Shown one piece after another: positions 53,521 to 64,000 of a stretch of DNA of 64,000 nt (its first letter is position 1; each line of letters opens with the position of its first letter). The stretch is from Eledone cirrhosa (taxonomy: Eukaryota). The position numbers and the translations under genes were made by a program. The stretch covers positions 45,136,001-45,200,000 of the forward strand of contig OZ024751.1 of assembly GCA_964016885.1 (NCBI GenBank), read 5' to 3'. The notes under the pieces were generated by a model that saw only the letters and a program-made list of their open reading frames with translations, was not told the DNA's origin and did not search any database.

Positions 53521-55421
53521 GTGGTTGACGTTAGGAAAGGCATCCAGTTGCAGAAACCAATCCAGAAACAGTTCTGTATGAGCAAGACACAGTCACCGAT
53601 TTGCCCCAAACAGGACAACCCTTCTAACCCATGCTAGCGTGGAAAATGGACGTTAAACGATGATGATATATATTTGTTATTGAAGTTTCACCAAAGTTGC
53701 TGGTTTTTAATGTAGCATTAACTAAGTTTGCATGCAAGCAAGGTCCTGTAACTCCCGAAGGAGTCGTAGGGGTGCCGTATCGACATACAGCATTTCTGGG
53801 GCATTTCTTACTGAACCCTTCCTTGGCCGTCTGAAACTCATTGGTTTAATTTTGGGGTCTTAAAAGATTTACAGCTGTTTTGAGCTTGGCAGAGCCCATC
53901 TCCTCTCCAGGTCCTGAATACAGTGGATTTCTTCCTGAGAAGCATAGGGAAAGTGAGAAAACAGAAGTGAATAAGAGATATAGAAGACGAACCGACTCCA
54001 GTACTTGACTGGTACTTTTTTATCGACCTGAAATGGATGAAAAGCAAAGTTGACCTCGAACTAAGTTTAGATAAGAGGAAATAGGTAGATGTAGGAAACA
54101 GTGCAAAAAGGAGTGAGGAGTAGAACATTAAGGTGTAGCAGAGGATACTAAAGAAAAGTTAAGGAATAGAGAGGTGAAATAAACAAACAATATCGAGGAC
54201 ATAGGTGTGAGGCGTATTTTCCACTTAATCATGTAAATAAATCCCCCTGCTCTATTAAGTGTTGAAGGTGAAGGTCACTGGTAAAAAAAACCCAATCAGA
54301 CTACATGTATGTATATATATATATATATATGTGTGTTTATTTGAATCTATAAATATGTGTATCTATGTACACACATCATACGATAACAGAAGTTTGATGT
54401 GCTTTTGATTCCAGAGTCGGACCCGATCGACACATCGAACCTTAAGCTGATCAATCGCGAAACGCGCGTCACATTTCAATAAATGTAATGAAAATTTGAC
54501 ATCTCGTCCATATTATTATTAAAGTACCAGTAATGTACTGGGTAATTGCTGGCCTTGTGCCTAAAGTAGAAACAATTATTATTATTATCCTGTCGAGGTT
54601 AACTTTGCCTTTCATCCGTACGGGGTCGATAAAATAAAGTAGCAGTAATGCACTGGTATAATTGCAGGCCTTGTGCCAAAAGTAGAAACAATTATTATTA
54701 TATATACACACATAAATACACATGTATATAAGTTTTATATCCACTTTCCCATGCAGGCATAGGTTGAGACAGTGATTTATAGACGAATGCCTACCATTTT
54801 AGTCACTTTCTAGCCACGTTGCATCTATTCTAATATACAGATATTCTTTATTTAAATCTGAAAATCGTTGAAATTCTATTTTAAAATGTCATTTAAATTA
54901 TATAATGTTTGCAGTAAAAAAGAATTCTTTGTTACTAATCTCTTGTGAAATGTTTGTCTGTGGGAACATTTCTTTAAATTTACAACCTCTGCATTTCCAA
55001 AACTTCTCAATATATTTTGTATTTTGGTCAGTTCTAAATTGTTTCATTCTTCGCGTTTTCGTGTCTAAGTTCATTGTTCTTCACGCCGTCTCCTTAGTTA
55101 TCTCCCCTTTTTTTTCATCTTTTAGGTCAACTCTCCATCATCTTCTCCATTAACCCCCCAACCAGCTCGCTGAAATATCCATTCATTCGCTTTCTCATAT
55201 ATTACTTACTGGTTTCTCTGCTGCAAATATTATTATCATTATTTGTTGTTTTCAATTTTCTGACATTTCAGCCCGCTAACATTATTATTGGTAGTAGTAA
55301 ATTTTATTGTAACTCATTGCAGACAAATAGTCTTTCAACGATTGGCATTCGTTATATGATGTTTCACAACAAACCATGTTTTTGGGAGTTCATAAAAATT
55401 AAGCTATATTTCCTTCTTTTA

Positions 55422-55460
<39 letters not shown>

Positions 55461-55501
55461 GACATTTGTAAATAAACATTGGAGCGTCGAGTGAAGTTGA
55501 A

Positions 55502-55729
55502 ATGCTTAGAAGCTGTAGACAATCTCGAACGCAGGCAAGTAGGTGTGAAATAACTTAAGAAATCGTGTTAGGTACTCTTCCTATAGACGAGAAAAAGTGG
55601 CCACCAGCCGCTACAGCGAATCGAACACTGTATCTCGCTGTAGCGGTTAATACCCACATTTTCTTCCGTCTATAGGGGTAGTTTACCCGATATTTTTTGC
55701 GTTCAACATTTTCTACATCTTCTAAGCAT
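55502..55729. repeat. Old imperfect inverted repeat (fold-back element remnant)
   Basis: ATGCTTAGAAG/CTTCTAAGCAT, CCTATAGACG/CGTCTATAGG and CCGCTACAGCGA/TCGCTGTAGCGG are nested symmetrically. Confidence 0.7.
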
Positions 55730-55834
55730 ATATATTTATATATACACATACATACAGATCCGTATGAGCAAGAATGGTCTCTGGACCTGACTTGTCTCAT
55801 ACAAGCGGGGAAAATGAACGTTAAACGATGATGA

Positions 55835-55881
<47 letters not shown>

Positions 55882-57379
55882 AGCCGTCGTCTGTCTGCAC
55901 TGCAATGAGCCATTGTTGCAGTGTATGCTGTATGCTTGCACTGCACGTACAATGTGTGTTAAGAATGTCTCCCCCATCCCCCTCTTCTACATCTGTTCTT
56001 GTGCACTAATTGCTTTCATTATTTACATATTGTCTCTTATATAGACATTGCTACAATGCTATCTTTCTCTATTTTTTTATAGAGATATAGCAACTTGTAT
56101 TTTCTCCCCATTCTACATTTAACAATCTGCAACAACATTACATTATAGTACAGAAAATATCTACCTTTATTATATTATCTCCTCTTTTCAATACTGCAAC
56201 ATATGGTCTAAAAATGATTGCTATTTTGTTTTACTTATTTTATTTATTTTTACTTCAGCTCTGATTTGTAATCATAAATATTTATTTTCTACATTTTTAT
56301 TCGAGTTAATATAAATTGCATTTAATACCTTTGTTGTTTTCTTGATGGCTCATTCACACTGTAATTTTCATGAATGTGTTTGTGTTATTTGTGTGTGTGG
56401 TATGGGGGTGGTATATAATGTGTGGGTAGGTGCATATGTACGTATATGTGTGTGTGTGTGGTATGTATGTATGTAGGTATATATATATGCAGGTGAGTGT
56501 GTATATATATATGTGTGTGGGTAATATTTTATTTCCTCCAACATTTTCATTAGTACTTTGCTTAGATTTAATTTCCATTCAGTCTAAATCCCCCAACAAT
56601 AGTAAGTCACTCTTAATACTAATTATACTAGCTATACTAACCGATAGAGAAGGGTGAAACTGTCTATACTAATTATACTAGCTGTACTAAGTGATAGAGA
56701 AGGGTGAAACACTGTCTATACTAACTGTACTATTAACAGTGATGAGCATGGATGATGAGTGCTGGGAAATGCCACTGGAAGGAAGCTGCATTAGAGGTAG
56801 ACCAAGAAAGACCTGAGCAAAGGTGGAACTGATGGGGAGCTCTGAGCAGTGGCTAGCTGGGGTAAGGCACTGGTTGAATGATTCTATGACAAAGGGCCCT
56901 GTGGGCTCTTCACTTGTGTCAAATACATGACAGTCTTCCTAGTGTTAATACCATGGTAAAATGTACTCAGTAGACTGCAGGAATGTAACCGAGGTGCAGG
57001 CCACTGGCCCCTCTGAGAGGTCAGTAGTTCCGCTTAAGAACTCTGTCTATAATTACTTTTCCATTAAGATAGGTGTCTTTATTTTAGGAAGAGATATGAC
57101 TTCAGAGGAGTGTGTGGAGGTATGTCTTTATTGCAGGAAGGGATATGGTGGAAGAGATTTTCATGATTGTGTTCAAAAAGCAGTAGGTGTGTTTGGGGAA
57201 GGGAGATTTTGGTCCTGTGTAACTGGAAGTCCTTTTGCTGGTATTAGATATCAATAATATAATTGTTTCTACTTTTTGGCACAAGGCCAGCAATTACCCA
57301 GTACATTAATGAGATGATATACATAGCAGTATTGAAACTAATTAGTATGAATCAGAAATCTATGTCCTTATATATATAT

Positions 57380-58439
57380 ATATCACGGTAAATTAAAGGA
57401 ACCATAGGCCCTCGCTATTCCCTGTAAATAATGTGCTCAAAGGAGAAGAAATCCTGAGCTCTTTAAAATACAATATGTTGAAAAGGTAACACACCAGAGA
57501 GAGATATACAGTGCGCTATCAATAAAACGGAAAAAAACCACCAGTGTATGGAATCTATAACCTATGAAAGGCAGACTATAGACATGATAATTAAAAATAT
57601 AAATTAAAGCGTAAATAAATACCTCTATAACTATATAACACGTACAAATCCAAAGATATGTTTCACCAGTAATTTGTTGAAAGAAATGGGTTAGCCTCGG
57701 TTCATCAGCGTGTGTAAGGCTATACATTTCAGACAACACTAAGAGAATTCTAAAAGTGACTGTGCAGCTACATGTGTGAGAGGGAAGTCGCAGCATGTTT
57801 AAGGGCACTGAACCAGTGGCCTCTGAGGGACGAACTGCTAGAAAGGGTAGCCCAAAGCCACTCAGAGAAGTGTGCTCAACCAAACAGAGATATAGGAAAG
57901 ACTGTTATGAGGAGCGAAATATCACGATAAATTAACGGAGCCATAGGCCCTCGCTATTCCCTGTAAATAATGTGCTCAAAGGAGAAGAAATCCTGAGCTC
58001 TTTAAAATACAATATGTTGAAAAGGTAACACACCAGAGAGAGATATACAGTGCGCTATCAATAAAACAGGGAAAAAACCCACCAGTGTATGGAATCTATA
58101 ACCTATGAAAGGCCGACTATAGACACGATAATTAAAAATATAAATTAAAGCGTAAATAAATACCTCTATAACTATATAACACACGTACAAATCCAAAGAT
58201 ATGTTTCACCAGTAATTTCTTTCAACAAATTACTGGTGAAACATATCTTTGGATTTGTACGTGTGTTATATAGTTATAGAGGTATTTATTTACGCTTTAA
58301 TTTATATTTTTAATTATCGTGTCTATAGTCGGCCTTTCATAGGTTATAGATTCCATACACTGGTGGGTTTTTTTCCCTGTTTTATTGATAGCGCACTGTA
58401 TATCTCTCTCTGGTGTGTTACCTTTTCAACATATTGTAT
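57380..58439 (-). mobile_element. Non-coding hammerhead-containing element (Penelope-like or retrozyme-like): partial tandem with 539-bp period plus an inverted terminal arm, in (TA)n
   Basis: 57381-57675 is directly repeated at 57920-58218. 58215-58439 is an inverted copy. Complete hammerhead at 57638-57713. TA repeats at both ends. Confidence 0.85.
57638..57713 (-). ncRNA. Type I hammerhead ribozyme
   Basis: Minus strand: acacg CUGAUGA acc-(loop)-ggu GAAA cauauc uuug gauuug UA cgugu. Stems I, II and III all pair, the core is intact, and the cleavage triplet is GUA. Confidence 0.85.
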
Positions 58440-59571
58440 ATATATATATATATGCAAGCAGGGAAAAGCGGACATAAAGTGATGATGATGATAACCCATG
58501 TAGATTGTTAATTTTATCAAAATAGATGAGTGTTTGATGTCAGAGAGTGAAATCTACATATGTGCACAGAGACACCGGCTCTATCAAAATAGGTGAGTGT
58601 TTGATGTCAGAGAAAGTGGAATCTACATATGCACAGACACCAGTAAAATTTGTGTAGTGTACATGACTGAGAGATTTGGTGATTTGGGCCAATTTATTTC
58701 AACACTGTTAAGTACAACATTATATTATAGTCTAATAAAGTAACCCGTGAAAAACTCTCCACAATTTATGGAGACCTTTAATATGTTATTTGAGTGCAGT
58801 AAAATAAAGTACCAATCAAGTACTGGGGTTGATATAATCAGCTGTTTTAGAGCTTGTGCCTGTTTAAAAAAATGTGGAGATGAGGAAGATAGCTAAATGC
58901 CAGGACTTGACTGACCGCTTCCTTTTCATGCCAGACTTCAGGTGTTCTTGGCCCCCAAACTGTCTTTTCCTCCACAAAATTGAGAGAAGTGCATCCTTAT
59001 TGCCTATGCAACATAACAGTTTGCACACAGGTATTATACAGACAGCTGAAACATATTTTAAGTATTTCATGAAATTTATCTAGGACAGTAGCAGTACATT
59101 GTTTGTTTCCTAATGTCTCCTGCTGTTCATTTCACTTTATTTATGTGAATTATTCACAAGTTCTTGATTTTATTAACTACAGGTCAGGAGTTGAAGAGGT
59201 CAAAAGTTCAAAAACCTTGTCTTCACAAACCCCAAAATTAAATTATCAATACTTTGTTGAGAAATTGTATAGAGAAAATATTTGAGCAGTTCTCCATGAT
59301 TGCACACTGAGGTGGTACTTGATTAGTGGCTGCTTGACTAAAACTACTGTGAATTGCTAGTGACTTGATGGTGATGGCTGTATCTTAAGTTATTATAAAT
59401 CAGTACAGACAGTAGAAACATAACTGTATGTAAAATAACAAAATACTCCGTCATATGAATATATTTAAATTTATTAAACCTCTCATATTGTTTTCATATA
59501 AAATGTGAGGTGTTATTAACATTGTTACCAGTGTAAAGCAACACTACTGGAACTAATGTGTGTATATGTAT

Positions 59572-59975
59572 GTCATCATCATCATCATCATCCTTACCTT
59601 CATGCTTGTTTGGGTTGGATGGGTCTTTTCCAACACAGCTTCCCTCCACCTACTGCATTGTGTCATCTCCTCTGTCAGGGTCAGCATTTTGATAACCACT
59701 CTCACCACTTCTGTCCAAGTCTTTCTTGGCCTTCCTCTACTGCAGCTTCCTTCGACTGGGAACCCATGGCATTTTTTCAACCAACAATCATCAACAATAT
59801 GCATCACATGTCCATACCAGCACAGTCTTCTCTCTTACTCACTTCATTTGATTCTTTTTATACCCAGTTTTTCTCTGTCCATACTTTGCCATTCATACAT
59901 ATTAACATTACACATCCATTTGAACATGTTCACTTCAATTCTCTCCAACCTCCACGTATCATTTACTTTTACTGA
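59572..59975 (-). mobile_element. Older RTE-clade LINE 3' fragment
   Basis: RGRPRKTWTEVV, W.EAVLEKT and a (GAT)n tail. Confidence 0.8.
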
Positions 59976-62900
59976 CTGTTTCATTCCCTCACAACATCAC
60001 CAGCCTTTTGTTCAGAGAAACATATATACATGTGTGAGGGTGGGTGGCAGTATCAATAGAACATTGGACAAAATACCTTGTGGTATTTGGTTGCATTAGA
60101 ATCCCATCCTGATGAAGTTTGGTGCAACAAGTACTATTCTACATATACTGGGACTGATATAATCGGCTAAACCTTTGAAAACAGTGTCCCAGCAAGGCCA
60201 CAGTCCATTAACTGAAGCCAATAAAGTAATAATAGTGACATGTCTGAAAACTACATTCAGCTGACCAGGGATAAGGAAATTGACAAATTTAAACTATAAG
60301 AATTCTAAAATCCTATAGATCCATGTTCTTTTTTTTTTTTTTGTTTTACAATATCTATAGGTCAAACTCAACTTTCATACTTCTGCAGTCATCATCATTG
60401 TTGTTTAAATAATAAATTTTCCATACTAGCATGGGTTGGACAGGATTTCTTGAGGCATGTTGATGCCTTTCCTAGCTTCATACATGCAGAGCTACAGTGT
60501 GCTTATTCTAAACCAGATAGACACTAAAAGTCTAAAATCTGCCTCGAGTCCAGAAGCTCCAGTTTCCACGGTGTTAAGCAACTGAGAGTATTAGACTCCC
60601 CCCTGGTTAGACCCCAATCTATTGCAGAGTTAACCTTGACCCCAGCTATTACTGGTACACATTTTCAGCTGAGTATACTGGAGCAATGTGAAATGAAGTG
60701 TTTTGCTTAAGAACCCAACACATAACCCAGTTTAGGAATCAAATCCACAATGTTAAGATCGTAAGTCCAACACAATTACCACTAGGCTGCACACCTCCAC
60801 AGATACACACAGTCAATAGAATATAGTAAATGTCAAGAATTGGGTTTCATATAATCTGCTCACTTTCATAAAACTGCCCACTTGTAGACCATCCGTGCCT
60901 TTTTGTGGTCATCTCAGTAACTAAAACCAGTAAAAGGAAAAGAACATATATACCATGTGGTATATTACCTTTGCTTCTCTAAATACGTTTTAATTGTTTG
61001 AAGATTAAACTTAAGATACTGCCATAATTGTTGAGAAGTTAAAGGTTGTTGACATAGACCTGGTTGGTAATGTTTACAAAGCCACATAGTATGGAGGTTG
61101 TATTAGCTTGGTTTGATATGTTTACAAAGACACATAGTATGCAATTTGTTCATTGAAGGTTCTCAACAGCAGTTTGTAAATAATCAATATAAAGGATGTC
61201 ACAGCTTGATCTAGGTCAGTACTGCTACTACACACACAATATCATACTGTGATGACCGATGACCTTGGTTATTTACCTAGGATATAGTGTTTATACCGGC
61301 TACACTCTTGTTTGATGTCCTGTGGATTAAGTGGAGGCGTGGGAATGGAATTGTCACAACACAATCTTATTTTATTGTTGGAACCTCATTGTTTTTATGT
61401 GGACTTTTCTATGCTGGCATGGGTTGGACAGGATTTTTTTTTTTGAGGCAGTGTTTTAAAGCTGAATGGCCTTTCTGATACCAACCCTTTTAGTTACTTC
61501 TAAAAAGATATGGTGTATCTATTCTAAACTGGATACACCTGACCAACCTAAAGGTCTAAGGTGGAAATGTTTTTAGTATATATTTGATATATTTAAATGG
61601 TGTACACTACTAAAATGCACACATACACATGCCAAACAAGGGACAAGAGGACTTTCTAGTGTTAGTCATTGTCATCAACTTCATATGTCCATTTTTCCCT
61701 GCTTGCATGACCCAGTACATTCTGTAAAGTGGTTGGTGAAAGGAAGGGTATCCAGCTGGGAGAAAACTTGCCTTGAAGGAGTCTGGAGGACTCTTCGGTC
61801 ATGTCAAAGACATGACACTCTCCCTGAATACCAGCAATAGCTGGGGGTTTAACCCTGCGACAGACTAGCGTCTTGTCCAGGGAGAAGTCTTGTACTTACA
61901 GTCGCTTCATGCCACAGAAACCAGGATAAGTACCGACTTGAGCCTCCAGCCTTGAGACAGAATTTAGACTTCTACATATACTACTCTTAGAAGCATCATA
62001 TACATGTTTATTTGTTAATATTCCCTTTACGTCTGAAACCTAAACTGTAACACTTAGAAGACACATACTTTTTTAATCCAAACAGTGACAACCAGTGGCA
62101 TTGTATGAAGTACTATGAAGAAGTGGTGCTAGTGCTGTGAAATCTTGCATCTATTTCAGCTCTTCTTATTAACTCCATTGTTTCTTTCCAGGGAAATGTT
62201 GAAAAATAAACCTCATTTGGTCATTCCATGAGAGTGTCTTGGTCAGCCTATAAACTTTTCAGCCAACCCTCGTACATAAATATATGCTGGAATCTAATAA
62301 TCTAATATAGTTTGTTAGTGATATCTATCTATGTAGAGACTATACTTGGAAATATTTCTCTTGATTTAGTTATATTAAATATTGGTTTCCCCAAAGAAAT
62401 AGTTCTATATATGATTTTTTTCTAAATGAATTACATGAGTAGCTGAAAGCATAATAACAGGTTCTAAAATATTTTAAATTAATATTAAAGCTATAAAAAT
62501 ATTTTAAATTAATATAAAGCTCATCAAAATCTAATAAATGCACAACAGAGTTAAATAAAATATATTCTTATATTAGATGTAGATTATAGGCATTGCTGTG
62601 AGTTTAAGTTGTTGATTTTACAACCACATGGTCTCAAGTTCAATTCCACTGTACAATACCATGAGTAAGTCTAAAGTCTGTCTCAATCCCGGAGGCTCAC
62701 CAGGTCAGTGCTTATCCCAATTTTCATGGCATGAAGCGACTGAGAATACAAAATTTCCCCCTGTACAAGATGCCAGTCTATCACAGGGTTAAATCCCCAG
62801 CTATTGCTGGTACTCATTTTCAGCTGAGTATACTGGAGTGACATGAAATGAAGTGTTTTGCTCAAGAACACAACACACAACCATGTCCAGTAATTGAACT

Positions 62901-63940
62901 TGCAGCATTATGATTGTAAGTCCAACATACTTACCACTAGGCCACATGCCTCCACTACCTTCAGTAAACATTTACTATATCCTTCGGTTGACCAATGCAA
63001 TGTGTATGAAATTTTGTCAGTCGAAACTTTGCTGAATCCTGTTATCCTTGTGTATATGTGTGTTAATTTGTTTCTATTTTGAATATAGCACAGATTGCTT
63101 GTTTAAATCCTTCAGAACTCACCAAAAAGTATTTACAGCTCTACACAACAGGGATTCTTGGAAAATATATATTTCTAGAATATTCATTATGTACAAAAGT
63201 AAAATCTCTCTGTCACTCTCTTCCCATCTCCATCACCAAACACTCTTTTATAGAGCTATCTGTGAAACTTCATATGTATGCATGTTTGGTCCTGTAACTC
63301 CTGTGTAAGTTGAGGAGGCACCATATTCAGATACAGCCGTTTTAGCTCATTTTAAAACCTAGTGGGGCCTATTTCCTCCAAGTCTGAATACAGCAGATTT
63401 CTTCCAGAGGATAGAGTGAGAAAGAGATATAAAGGAAGAATTGACCTCAGTATTAGACTGGTATTTTTTTTTATCAACCTTTGATGGTTAGAAGGCAAAT
63501 TTAACCTCGGCGGAACTTGAACTTAGAAAGCAGAGACGAATACTGCAAAGCATTCTATCCAATGTTCCAACTCTACCAATTCACTGCCTTATTACTTCAT
63601 ATGATATATTGTAAAATGAACATTTTATCCAACACGTTTTATTTTGTTTTCAATTGTTCACATGATCAACTTGTTTTGTCTTCTTTATTGGCTTAGATAT
63701 GGCTCCCAGTGCTTGTCTTGTTTAAGAGTAACCTACTACCACCACCACTTACCAAGTTTATCAATATCTTGCCTTGGGTTATACTCATTCCATTTACAAA
63801 GCCGACACTCCTACATTGAAATATTTTCAAGTTTACTTGTGTGTGTGTGCACAAAACTATAAATCTATGCATTTTCTGTCCATCCGTTACACAAATGTTA
63901 CAATCTGACAAAATCTTTTTTAGATGTTTTCATCTATCTG

Positions 63941-64000
<60 letters not shown>

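Noticed and set aside
47482-64000. Downstream ABHD17 exon (IDK...SPVLVIHGT.DEVI...HG)
   Set aside because: Not found by eye; it probably lies beyond the window, so it is not annotated.

Overview
AT-rich, microsatellite-saturated animal genomic DNA; the repeat and SINE content suggests a coleoid cephalopod (octopus), which is inference. There is one 200-N gap. Only two host genes are supportable, arranged head-to-head with ~560 bp between start codons: an ABHD17-type depalmitoylase (first coding exon, + strand) and a C9orf85-like Cys-rich protein (- strand; exons at 46067-46275 and 33031-33156, the second absent from the ORF track). The rest is mobile DNA. (i) Four 5'-truncated Tx1-clade non-LTR retrotransposons, each inserted in the same orientation into (GATA)n tracts; three form a head-to-tail array at 3.4-8.4 kb. 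(ii) Several sequence-divergent families of non-coding, fold-back elements sitting in (TA)n tracts, carrying type I hammerhead ribozyme motifs (one family with a U3-A8 compensatory core) and a shared 3' tail stem-loop; these look like Penelope-like or retrozyme-like non-autonomous elements. (iii) RTE-clade LINE fragments, tRNA-derived SINEs, hAT- and piggyBac-type MITEs and minisatellites. All analysis was by eye, so boundaries may be off by a few bases and family names are not database-verified.
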